NCBI GenBank assembly: GCA_903855135.1
Contig: CAINYB010000006.1
Coordinates: forward strand, 29,631 to 93,630
Reading direction: 5' to 3'
Length of the DNA: 64,000 bases
From: an uncultured bacterium
GTDB taxonomy: Bacteria; Patescibacteriota; Patescibacteriia; UBA1558; GWA2-36-10
Numbering within the stretch: the first letter of the stretch is position 1; each line of letters starts with the position of its first letter. The notes under the pieces are model-generated. The model was not told the DNA's origin. It was given only the letters and a program-made list of their open reading frames with translations, and did no database searches. Both the position numbers and the translations under genes were made by a program. This document shows positions 9,560 through 18,418 of this stretch, in pieces.

Positions 9560-10633
9560 TTATTGAATAATTGCTGAAGCAATTAATTCTTTATTTTTAT
9601 AAACAGCTAAAGTTTGCCCTGAAGCTGGAGCAAATTGTTTTATTTTAAAAATTGCTTTATATTCTTGATCGTTGATTTTTATAATATCAAGACCCTGGTC
9701 TTCTTGGCGATAACGAATTTTAGCTTTGGCTTTGAGTGGAAATTTATACTGATTATTGAGCCAGTGCCAATCATGGACTATCAATTTTTTATTATAAAGT
9801 TCTAGTGATTCTTTTGGTCCAACGACTAAAATATTTTTTTCTAAGTCTTTTTTCACTACATAAAGCGCAGGACCACCACCAACTTCAATGCCTTTGCGTT
9901 GGCCAATAGTATAAAACCACACACCTTCGTGCTCACCGATTTTCTTGCCATTTACATCATGTATCTCGCCTATTTTGGGACTAATTTTTTGACTCAAAAA
10001 ATCTTTTAAATTTACTTTGCCGACAAAACAAATGCCTTGAGAGTCTTTTCTGTCTGCGTTTGGTAGACCAGCTTTTTTGGCAATTTGCCTGACTTTTGGT
10101 TTTTTCAAATGGCCAATAGGAAATAAACTTCTAGCTAATTGTTCTTGATTTAAACCCGCTAAAAAATATGATTGATCTTTATTTGGATCTTTGCCTTTTA
10201 ATAAATGAAAGCCAGTTTTATCTTGTTTGATTTGGGCATAATGTCCGGTAGCGATTTTATCAAAACCTTTTAAAAGTGCTTTGGCTAAAAAAAGCTTAAA
10301 TTTAATTTCGGAATTACACAAAATATCTGGATTTGGTGTTTGACCTTTTTGATAGGTCTCAAATAAATAATTCACCACTGTTTCACGATACTGTTCTTCA
10401 AAATCCCAAGTTTCAATTGGAATATCTAAATGTTTAGCCACAGCATAAGCTTCGTCTCTATCCGTTTTCCAAGGACATTCATGATTGGTATTATCTCGGC
10501 TAGAAAAGTTTTTCATAAAAACCACCGATACTTCATGACCTACTTTTTTTAATAACAAAGCAGTGACAGCACTATCCACTCCACCAGATAAACCAACTAA
10601 AACTTTTAATTTTTTTTCTTTCTGAAAAAACAT
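9560..10633 (-). CDS. mnmA: tRNA-specific 2-thiouridylase MnmA
   Basis: PP-loop VLVGLSGGVDSAV; length 357 aa; catalytic Cys (ICF) present. Confidence 0.85.
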   Translation of the reverse strand: MFFQKEKKLKVLVGLSGGVDSAVTALLLKKVGHEVSVVFMKNFSSRDNTNHECPWKTDRDEAYAVAKHLDIPIETWDFEEQYRETVVNYLFETYQKGQTPNPDILCNSEIKFKLFLAKALLKGFDKIATGHYAQIKQDKTGFHLLKGKDPNKDQSYFLAGLNQEQLARSLFPIGHLKKPKVRQIAKKAGLPNADRKDSQGICFVGKVNLKDFLSQKISPKIGEIHDVNGKKIGEHEGVWFYTIGQRKGIEVGGGPALYVVKKDLEKNILVVGPKESLELYNKKLIVHDWHWLNNQYKFPLKAKAKIRYRQEDQGLDIIKINDQEYKAIFKIKQFAPASGQTLAVYKNKELIASAIIQ

Positions 10634-10635
10634 GA

Positions 10636-11178
10636 TTAATACAAGTGCTTGTTATAAAATTTAGCCATGGCCATCAAAATACCATTTTCAAAAGATTGTG
10701 TGCGAGTGATAAAGTCATTAGTTAGTTCGCCAACAGTGCCATTAGTTCCTCTTACATTGGATTTACTAAACATTTCTTCAGCAACTGGCGCTAACTCGCG
10801 TTTTTTATCCATGATTTCTACTTTAGCATAATCTGGTAATTCTATTGCTTCGCCATAAGCCATGCTATCGATTTTAGCATCAGTCACATAAATAGCACCA
10901 ATTAAAAAGAATCTTTCTTTGCCTAAAAATTTATTTAACCAAACGCCACCTTCAATACCTAAATAAAAATCTGCTTGCACGCCAGCCTTGATCAAGTTTT
11001 GCGCTCGATTATAAGCACCAAGACTCGTCTCCTCTATACTACGAGGCTGATCATCTACATCAGAAGCTGATTTTTGGGCAATTACTTCTATTTCTTCATT
11101 AGGATAAATCTTAGCAAAAGCTGATTTAACAGCTAATACTTTTGGTTCTTGTATAGAGCCTAGGGCAATTTTTATCAT
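10636..11178 (-). CDS. YjjX-like non-canonical purine NTP phosphatase (ITPase/XTPase family)
   Basis: About 180 aa; N-terminal IALGSIQEPK-A-K and C-terminal FITRTQSFENGILMAMAKFYN resemble E. coli YjjX ends; overall similarity is weak. Confidence 0.45.
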   Translation of the reverse strand: MIKIALGSIQEPKVLAVKSAFAKIYPNEEIEVIAQKSASDVDDQPRSIEETSLGAYNRAQNLIKAGVQADFYLGIEGGVWLNKFLGKERFFLIGAIYVTDAKIDSMAYGEAIELPDYAKVEIMDKKRELAPVAEEMFSKSNVRGTNGTVGELTNDFITRTQSFENGILMAMAKFYNKHLY

Positions 11179-11247
11179 AAATAAATCTTTAAATAATGTT
11201 TATATTATGCTATGTATTTTAGCTTTTGTCAAAGTACCCGCCTTATC

Positions 11248-11276
11248 AAAACACCCCCGCGTCGCGGGGGTGTTTT
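11248..11276 (-). terminator. GC hairpin aaaacacccccgcg-tc-gcgggggtgtttt
   Basis: 13-bp stem followed by U-run on the minus-strand RNA; 3' of the phosphorylase gene. Confidence 0.6.
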
Positions 11277-11285
11277 AGAGCTATT

Positions 11286-12782
11286 TTATCTACCTATTTT
11301 AAATATCTCTCCTTTTTCTAAAGCTTTGCTAGCTAATTTTATTCGATCTTGAGTACGAGCATAAAGTGTAAATAAACGTTCACCTTTTTTCACTGGATCA
11401 TTAAACTCTTTATTTAAATACACGCCGGCGAGCTTGTCAGCTGGTGCGCCTAAAATACGCGCAATGATATTAATCATCTTATTATCAGTAAAAGTAATTT
11501 TACCTGATTTTGGTGCATTAAAATATTTTTTACAAGCACCGATCACGATATCGTCAGGCTGAACATTTGGATTTCCACCTTGAGCTTTGATAATATCTTG
11601 CATTTTATTCCAAGCCTTACCACTTTCCAAAGTTTTCCAAGCCATGGTTGCACCGTGGCCTTTTTTGGCTTTACCACAAAGCTCCAAAAGTTCACCAGCT
11701 AAATGGATAGCTTTATTAGCTAAATCAGCAGGATAATTATCTTTTTGCTGCAAAACTCTTAAAACATCCCTAGCTTCTAAAGCTGGGCCAACACCACGAC
11801 CAACTGGATCTTCAGTTTTAGTCATGATGACTTTTATTTTGATCTTAAATTTTCTAGCTAAATATTTAAATTTTTTCTCTAATTCTTTGGCTGTTTTCAT
11901 GTCTGGTATTTTGGTAGTTTCACCAACCGGCATATCGATCACTAAACATTTTACGCCAGCTGCTACTTTTTTAGCCATAATACTGACCAGCATCTTGCTA
12001 TATGGCTCCAAAGACAAAGGATAAGAAACTTTAAGAATTTTATCATCCGCTGGAGCCAGGTTAAATCCACCACCCCAAACTAAACAAGCGCCGTGTTTTT
12101 TAACAATGTCGTGTATTTTTTCAGCTGTTAAAGACACTGGGGCTAAAACTTCCATAGTGTCAGCCGTTCCGGCTGGTGAAGTAATAGCTCGAGAAGAAGT
12201 CTTAGGGATAGTAAGGCCCAGCGCAGCAATAATCGGGATCACGACCATGGTAGTACGATTACCAGCCAAACCACCGACTGAATGTTTGTCTACTACTAAG
12301 CCGGGAAATTTCAACATCTCGCCAGTTTCGGCCATGGCTTTAGTCATAAAATAAAGCTCTTCATCGGTATATTGACGCATAAAACCAGAAGCTACAAAGT
12401 AAGTGATTTCTGTCCTGGTTAAAACCCCAGAAGAGATATCAGTAAAAATTTGCTCAAATTCTTTATAAGTCAATTTTTTACCTAATAATCTTTTTTTAAT
12501 AGCTTGAATTGATGGTGCGCGCTCTAAAACTTCTATTTCTACGATAGTATTATTAGGAATCGCTATTTTTTTCCAAATATCTTCATACAAACCTATGTGC
12601 CCAGAGCTATTTTTTTCATCAGTAGTATTTGCTTCAGCAATAAGCTCTTTATGATCCCAAGAAATGCGGATTTTATCACCAGCATGCACGCCATAACGCA
12701 TCGCTTCATCGTCATTTAATAAAGCGATATTTGCTTGCCCAGTCTTGATATCTAATTTTTTAGTTTTTAAATAATATGCCAT
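11286..12782 (-). CDS. AMP phosphorylase / thymidine phosphorylase family protein (archaeal-type, about 500 aa)
   Basis: Pyrimidine-nucleoside phosphorylase core (DKHSVGGLAGNRTT, SSRAITSPAGTADT); about 60-aa N-terminal extension and 498-aa length fit AMPpase rather than classical DeoA. Confidence 0.65.
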   Translation of the reverse strand: MAYYLKTKKLDIKTGQANIALLNDDEAMRYGVHAGDKIRISWDHKELIAEANTTDEKNSSGHIGLYEDIWKKIAIPNNTIVEIEVLERAPSIQAIKKRLLGKKLTYKEFEQIFTDISSGVLTRTEITYFVASGFMRQYTDEELYFMTKAMAETGEMLKFPGLVVDKHSVGGLAGNRTTMVVIPIIAALGLTIPKTSSRAITSPAGTADTMEVLAPVSLTAEKIHDIVKKHGACLVWGGGFNLAPADDKILKVSYPLSLEPYSKMLVSIMAKKVAAGVKCLVIDMPVGETTKIPDMKTAKELEKKFKYLARKFKIKIKVIMTKTEDPVGRGVGPALEARDVLRVLQQKDNYPADLANKAIHLAGELLELCGKAKKGHGATMAWKTLESGKAWNKMQDIIKAQGGNPNVQPDDIVIGACKKYFNAPKSGKITFTDNKMINIIARILGAPADKLAGVYLNKEFNDPVKKGERLFTLYARTQDRIKLASKALEKGEIFKIGR

Positions 12783-12785
12783 AAA

Positions 12786-14516
12786 TTAAAATTTTATTAC
12801 TTCTCCTGGCTGAATAATATTTTGCTCTTCTTCGGCTTGATCTTGGCGAAGAATCTCTGGCTTAGCCTTTAGAGCTTCAGCTAAAGAAACAAACTCTTCT
12901 TTTTTATCATCTCTATCATAGTTCGGCACTATTTTTATACTAGAAGGTGGTGGAATTTTACCAGACTTAGCTAAATCTAAACAATTTTTGCAATAAACCG
13001 CTTTGCTTGGATCTGGATCAAAATTAATCTCTGCTTCTGAACCACAAAAAGAACAGTTTATTTTATGTTTAATATTTTTTATACTTTTCTTTGATCCGTG
13101 TTCATCACGGCTTAGTTTTTCTTGTTTTTTTCTATCGCCTGCACGTCTATTCTCTACTTTTTTAGCAGACTGTGTCCCACCAGAAGGCGTGATAGCAGCA
13201 GAAGAACTCTCTTTTTTCTCACTTGTTTTTTCGTCTTTATTTTCACTCCAGCGCATAATCTTTTCTTCTATTTCTTCTCTGGGACTAGCATAACGTTCTC
13301 GTGAGACCCTAATCACTTTATCTCTAACTTCTTTATCACTTGGTTTGATATCTATCGGCGGTAAAGTAGTGGCCGAGAAGGCTTCAGAAGCTACGCCGTC
13401 GATCATGAGTTTTAAATAAATCTGATATTTTGGTAAATTGACTAAATTTTCTTGCGTGAATTGTGGAAAAAACTCTTTTTCTAAAGCTTCGGCATCTACC
13501 GCACCAACTCTAAAAGAAACTATCGTGCCCACATTACCAAAAATAGCAGCTTGAACTTTTTCATCTACCTGCTCAATGTATTGGTGGGCAATTGTTAAGT
13601 CTAGACGATATTTTCTAGCTTCTGATAAAATATTAGCAAATGATTCTGTGGCAAAGTTTTGAAACTCATCGACATAAAGAAAAAAATCTTTACGTTCAGT
13701 TTCTGGAATATTCACTCGACTCATAGCCGCGAGCTGGATCTTAGTAATCATCATCGCCCCCAATAAAGCTGAATTATCTTCACCGACTCTACCTTTAGCT
13801 AAGTTTAATAACAAAATTTTCTGATTATCCATCACTTCCCTCATAGTAAAAGAAGATTTTACTTGGCCTAAAATATTTCTGATCAAAGCTGAAGACAAGA
13901 ATCTGCCAACCTTATTTTGAATCGGAGCGATAGCCTCACTTTGAAATCTATCTGGATATTTAGCATATTCCTCTACCCAAAAAGCTTTGACCACTGGATC
14001 AGATAATTTATCTACTACTTTATTACGAAAATTTTTGTCCACCAACATCCTCATGATGCCAAGCAAAGTAGAACCCGGATACTCCAGTAAAGCCGAAATA
14101 GCATGGTGCAAAACATATTCCAAACGAGGACCCCAAGAATCAGCCCAAATCTTTTTGAAAACACCGATCAAACCGGAAACTACCAAATGTCTTTCTGACT
14201 CGTCGACACTTTCTAACACATTAAAAGCAATGGGGAAATCTAAATCTGAAGGATTAAAATAAATCACATCATTGATTCTATTTGCCGGAATAAAATCAAC
14301 GACTTTTTCTACTAAATCGCCATGTGGATCAATCACGCAGACGCCGTGTCCAGCATGAATATCTTGGATGATCATATTTTCCTGCAAAACTGATTTACCC
14401 ATACCAGTTTTACCAATGATGTACATATGTCGACGACGATCATCGGTTTTGATACCAAACTTTACTTCTGAATTACGAAAGTTTGTTTTACCAAAAAAGT
14501 TAATATTTTGATTCAT
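12786..14516 (-). CDS. TrwB/VirD4/HerA-type P-loop ATPase domain protein (split form) with C-terminal CxxC-x17-CxxC zinc ribbon
   Basis: RRRHMYIIGKTGMGKS Walker A with upstream His; VCVIDPHGD; Walker B FFLYVDEFQNF; AHQ motif; tail CSFCGSEAEINFDPDPSKAVYCKNC. Paralog of the C-terminal half of 25146..27593. Confidence 0.65.
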   Translation of the reverse strand: MNQNINFFGKTNFRNSEVKFGIKTDDRRRHMYIIGKTGMGKSVLQENMIIQDIHAGHGVCVIDPHGDLVEKVVDFIPANRINDVIYFNPSDLDFPIAFNVLESVDESERHLVVSGLIGVFKKIWADSWGPRLEYVLHHAISALLEYPGSTLLGIMRMLVDKNFRNKVVDKLSDPVVKAFWVEEYAKYPDRFQSEAIAPIQNKVGRFLSSALIRNILGQVKSSFTMREVMDNQKILLLNLAKGRVGEDNSALLGAMMITKIQLAAMSRVNIPETERKDFFLYVDEFQNFATESFANILSEARKYRLDLTIAHQYIEQVDEKVQAAIFGNVGTIVSFRVGAVDAEALEKEFFPQFTQENLVNLPKYQIYLKLMIDGVASEAFSATTLPPIDIKPSDKEVRDKVIRVSRERYASPREEIEEKIMRWSENKDEKTSEKKESSSAAITPSGGTQSAKKVENRRAGDRKKQEKLSRDEHGSKKSIKNIKHKINCSFCGSEAEINFDPDPSKAVYCKNCLDLAKSGKIPPPSSIKIVPNYDRDDKKEEFVSLAEALKAKPEILRQDQAEEEQNIIQPGEVIKF

Positions 14517-14521
14517 TTTAT

Positions 14522-16021
14522 TTATTCGATTGGTAAATTAGATGGTGCCTCAGCTTTTGTGCTAGCTAATCTAGCTGGCTCTTTGGTGCTTTTAGCTTTT
14601 GCAAATTTATCTTCAAAATAATTATTATCTATATCCACATTAAAAGCTGGTTTTTTTAATTGCGCCATTAAAGCTTCTTTTTCTGACGAAACATTATCGC
14701 TAAAACCAGCAATCGGTAAAGAGCTTGGAGCTTCAGATTTTTTAACTTCCGTACGATGCAAAAGCGGCGTGCGTACTTCCATACCAGGGAAATGCCATAA
14801 ACTAGCTAGCTCTTCAATATTTAAAATAAAAGATTTGTAGCCCATTGCACCGCTACGACTCTTGCAAGCTCTGATGATATTTTCTCGACGACGATTATTA
14901 CGATATTTAGTAAACCAATAGTTAGTTGAAGTTTTAGTTTTAGGATCTGGTTTAAAACTATTTAAATCTAAGGTAGAAAATTGTTTAATAGCTCCAAAGA
15001 CAGAAGATATCACTCTGGGTGGAGAAAAATCTTCTTTAGGGGAGATATAAGCCAAACGAATTTTACACTCGAAACCTATCTTACTAGCCTTATTATTAAT
15101 CGCTTCTAAAATATTTTTTTCGCCTGGCGTCAAATGCAACATCATGCTTGGCATGTCTTCTTTTTTCTTTTCTTTTGATTCTTTCCAAAGAGGATAGACA
15201 AACTCACCTAAATTATCAAGCGTATTCATAAAAACATCCACTGCCTGATTACCTTTTGAGGCTGGTTTTGGCGCTGCTTTCTTACCGGCTATTTTATAAG
15301 CCATTTTTTCCGAATTTGCTAGCCATTCTACGCCAGTTGGTTTGACCATGATTTGAAACCAAACTTGTTCACCAACATGAATTTTACTCATGGTTTCTAG
15401 CAAAGCTGCTAAAGGATCTTTATACTCACCAGAAACCTTATCTTCAAAAGCTGGGTAAGTACGAATCGGTAAAGCATCTGATTTTACCGGTACTATTTCT
15501 GTGCCCCAGACATTATAGTTATCATCCGGAAATTTGGTTGGCGCCCAAGTCGTATAATCCTCTACTTCAGTGATTTCGGCATCTGGGTATTGGGAATAAA
15601 TCGCACTTTCTACCACATCCCTATGTTGGGTAGGAGTACGCACCAAAAATTGCACATAACCGTCAATACTCACAATTTCAAAAGAAAAGGCAAGTTGAAA
15701 TTGCCCTTTAACATACATATCAACATTATTCAAGTTAGCATGAGCACCGGAAACTGTCGAAAATAAACCCTCAACCGCTTTAGGTGTTTGTTCATGGTCT
15801 TTTGGTATATCTACCGCTAATAAAGTAAATTTTATGCCCGAAAACCATTTGTCTTGTTTAAGCATTAGCCAAACTTGATAGCCTTGAGTAATAAAAAGAT
15901 AAGCAAAAAGTATCCAAGCACCATGGATAAAAATATACCACATCGCTGCTTCAGGACCATTAGAAACCGCATTCAATAAATCAGTTAAATCAATAACTAA
16001 ATTTAAAAACTCTATTTGCAT
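14522..16021 (-). CDS. Membrane-anchored N-domain partner of the split ATPase; homologous to the N-terminal half of 25146..27593
   Basis: TM helix followed by segments alignable to the fused paralog (..FSFEIVSIDGYVQFLV..YPDAEITEVEDY.. versus ..FSLEIVATSTEINFYA..YPKVYFEEISDY..) and the shared linker LNIEELASLWHFPG / LNAEEMISMVHLPL. Confidence 0.5.
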   Translation of the reverse strand: MQIEFLNLVIDLTDLLNAVSNGPEAAMWYIFIHGAWILFAYLFITQGYQVWLMLKQDKWFSGIKFTLLAVDIPKDHEQTPKAVEGLFSTVSGAHANLNNVDMYVKGQFQLAFSFEIVSIDGYVQFLVRTPTQHRDVVESAIYSQYPDAEITEVEDYTTWAPTKFPDDNYNVWGTEIVPVKSDALPIRTYPAFEDKVSGEYKDPLAALLETMSKIHVGEQVWFQIMVKPTGVEWLANSEKMAYKIAGKKAAPKPASKGNQAVDVFMNTLDNLGEFVYPLWKESKEKKKEDMPSMMLHLTPGEKNILEAINNKASKIGFECKIRLAYISPKEDFSPPRVISSVFGAIKQFSTLDLNSFKPDPKTKTSTNYWFTKYRNNRRRENIIRACKSRSGAMGYKSFILNIEELASLWHFPGMEVRTPLLHRTEVKKSEAPSSLPIAGFSDNVSSEKEALMAQLKKPAFNVDIDNNYFEDKFAKAKSTKEPARLASTKAEAPSNLPIE

Positions 16022-16079
16022 AAAATTTGTTACACTTTGACATAATTATAACCTATTCCGCCAAAATATAAAAGTTTTC

Positions 16080-16250
16080 ACCCCTCCCATCCTCCCCTTC
16101 GTAAGGGGAGGAGTTATAATCAAGATGTTTTGTTGTTTTCTCCCCCTTGCGAAGGGGGAGATACAGAGGGGGTCAAAAAACACCCCAGGATAAACCCGGG
16201 GCGTTCTGATAATAAATTCACTTGAGTTTTCTCCGCCGTAGGCGGAGAAA
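16080..16250 (-). repeat. Tandem cluster of 3-4 GC-rich palindromic units between the sigma-like gene and the split ATPase locus
   Basis: cctcccctt-cgt-aaggggagg; tctccccctt-gcg-aagggggaga; cccc(a)gg..ccgggg; ttctccgcc-gta-ggcggagaa. All in a 170-nt intergenic gap; the spurious 69-aa track ORF 16046..16255 is made of these. Confidence 0.6.
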
Positions 16251-16258
16251 ATCAAATC

Positions 16259-17362
16259 TTAGTTAGTTTTTAAGAAATATCTACCTTTTTCATCGCGACC
16301 AAAACGATCTTTATTCATCAAAGCTAAGGTAATAGTAGTCTCTTTGATTAAGCGTTTCTTTAATACTTCAGCGACAATTTCTTTTTTAGATAATGATCTA
16401 TCAGTATTTTTCAAAATCTCCGCAATCACATCAGCGACTACACCTGGTTTAAAGCCCCATTCTTTAAGGGCATAAATACCACGACCAACTAAAACATATT
16501 TGTCATCCAAGATTAATTCATTGTGAATAGTAGCCGGATAAGCTTTACGGGTATCAAAAGTGCGATCATTGATGATGTTAGCGATTTCTGTAAAGTGTAA
16601 TGGCTTAGCTTCTTTTTTCAAAACAATATAAATCTTATCATTCATACGTTTTGGACTGATGCTTGGCCAATGATTTAAACCCCATTCTTGATAAGGATTA
16701 TCTTTGATCTTTTTGGTAATAAACAAAAAGTTTACTACTACTTTATCAGTCAAATCGTCATTGGAGACAAAAAAGTCAGCCTCAGAAATCTTATTAATCA
16801 ACTCATCTAAAGTCAAAGGCTCTTCTTCTTTGCTTAATAGATCAACAATTTTGTTGACTACTTCATCAAAAAAGTCTAAAGAAGCTTCTGGAGTTTTCCA
16901 AAAATCATGTACTTCTTTATTGGCTCTGACAAAATGAAAACGATGATTCAAAAGTTGACTTAAAATAAAGTTAATCGCGGCTTTATTACTTGAGCTTGCA
17001 CCCGGCACTAACAATAATTCTTTAATCAAGTTTTCTTCTGACATCATGCCACCGTGCTCAGCCAAAATAGCATTAGCAATATCCTCGATCTTCTTTAATA
17101 AGTTTTGATCAAAGTTTTTGCTAATTTTTTTCAGCGAACTGTTTTCAATTTGACGCACACGTTCACGAGTGATTTGGTATAGTTTACCAATATCTTCTAA
17201 AGTCTTTTTTTCTACTCCAGATAAACCGTGACGCATTTTTAAAATCTCTCTTTCACGTTCAGAAAGCAAAGACAACAGTTCTTCAACTGTTTGAGTCGGA
17301 TTAAATTCGGCTAAATGGGACAACTGTTGAGCAGTCATTACTTGGTCTAAAATTGAACTCAT
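16259..17362 (-). CDS. Putative transcription regulator: N-terminal sigma-70 region-4-like HTH plus C-terminal HARE-HTH-like winged helix
   Basis: N-terminus LSEREREILKMRHGL..KTLEDIGKLYQITRERVRQIENSSLKKI is a region-4 signature; C-terminus HFTEIANII...YVLVGRGIYALKEWG matches the HARE-HTH pattern (RVGRG.F.L+EW). Confidence 0.5.
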   Translation of the reverse strand: MSSILDQVMTAQQLSHLAEFNPTQTVEELLSLLSEREREILKMRHGLSGVEKKTLEDIGKLYQITRERVRQIENSSLKKISKNFDQNLLKKIEDIANAILAEHGGMMSEENLIKELLLVPGASSSNKAAINFILSQLLNHRFHFVRANKEVHDFWKTPEASLDFFDEVVNKIVDLLSKEEEPLTLDELINKISEADFFVSNDDLTDKVVVNFLFITKKIKDNPYQEWGLNHWPSISPKRMNDKIYIVLKKEAKPLHFTEIANIINDRTFDTRKAYPATIHNELILDDKYVLVGRGIYALKEWGFKPGVVADVIAEILKNTDRSLSKKEIVAEVLKKRLIKETTITLALMNKDRFGRDEKGRYFLKTN

Positions 17363-17425
17363 ATATGTATGTGTTTATAAATTCCCCTAGAGAATAACAT
17401 ATTTCTAAAAAAAAGTCAAGGCAAA

Positions 17426-17486
17426 ATACCCCCTCTGCCGCTGAAGCGTCTTCTCCCCCTAAATTAGGGGGAGATATAGAGGGGGT
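17426..17486 (-). repeat. Nested GC palindrome: outer stem aataccccctct/agagggggtatt enclosing hairpin tctcccccta-aatt-agggggaga
   Basis: 12-bp outer stem enclosing a 9-bp inner hairpin; the inner unit recurs at 22864-22886 and the outer 5' arm recurs reverse-complemented at 22913-22930. Confidence 0.55.
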
Positions 17487-17510
17487 ATTTCTTTAATTTA
17501 TTGGCTAATA

Positions 17511-18413
17511 TTAGCTCTTTTTTGAATTCCAAAGCACTACTATCGGGGAAGCAATAAAAATAGATGAATAAGTACCGATAATTACGCCCAAAATCAAAGC
17601 TAAGACAAAATATCTCACACTCTCACCACCAAAGATATAGACCGCTAATAGGGCAAATAAAGTTGTTAAAGAGGTATTTAAAGACCTTACAATGGTCTCA
17701 TTGACACTCAAATTGACAATTTCTGCAAAAGATTGTCCTTTGATCTTAAATAAATTTTCACGAGTTCTATCAAAAGTCACAATCGTGTCATGAACAGAAA
17801 AGCCTAAAATCGTCAATAAGGCAGTAACAAATAAAACGTCTACTTCAACATTTAGAAAATGTCCTAAAATAGCATAAATACCAATAATAATGAAAATGTC
17901 ATGGAATAAAGCAATAACAGCGGCTACACCATACTTCCAGCTAGCTACTGGTTTTGACACGTGTCTAAAGGCATAAGCAATGTAAGCAATGATTAAGATC
18001 AAAACTAAAACGATCGCTTGCACAGCCTTGTCTTTTAATTCGTTACCAATAGTTGGTCCGATAGATTCAAATTTTAATTCTTGTCCTTGCAAAGCTTGAT
18101 TATCAACTTGAACGTTTTTTAAAGCAGTTAAAATTTCCTGATGTCTTGGTTCGTCAACGCTTTCAAAACGAATAAAAAATTCATTATCACCACTTGGCTG
18201 AATACGTAAACTTTCTAGATTTAAAGGCTGTAAAACTTCTGTGATTTTTTCTACACTTGGTCGATTTGGCTGATAAGCTATTTCCAATAAACTTCCACCA
18301 GTGAAATCAATGCTTAATTTCAAACCCCAAATAAGCAAAGCAGCTAAACTAATAGCAGACAAAACACCTGAAATACCAAACCACCAATTTTTTTTACCAA
18401 TAATATTATACAT
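17511..18413 (-). CDS. secF: Protein translocase subunit SecF
   Basis: 300 aa, SecF topology and conserved C-terminal TM bundle; immediately follows secD. Confidence 0.85.
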   Translation of the reverse strand: MYNIIGKKNWWFGISGVLSAISLAALLIWGLKLSIDFTGGSLLEIAYQPNRPSVEKITEVLQPLNLESLRIQPSGDNEFFIRFESVDEPRHQEILTALKNVQVDNQALQGQELKFESIGPTIGNELKDKAVQAIVLVLILIIAYIAYAFRHVSKPVASWKYGVAAVIALFHDIFIIIGIYAILGHFLNVEVDVLFVTALLTILGFSVHDTIVTFDRTRENLFKIKGQSFAEIVNLSVNETIVRSLNTSLTTLFALLAVYIFGGESVRYFVLALILGVIIGTYSSIFIASPIVVLWNSKKS

Positions 18414-18418
18414 AAAAA

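Noticed and set aside
16046-16255. 69-aa minus-strand ORF in the sigma/ATPase intergenic gap
   Set aside because: The sequence is composed of GC-rich palindromic repeats (for example PPLRKGEDTEGV from tandem hairpins). No start context, and its composition is unlike neighbouring genes.
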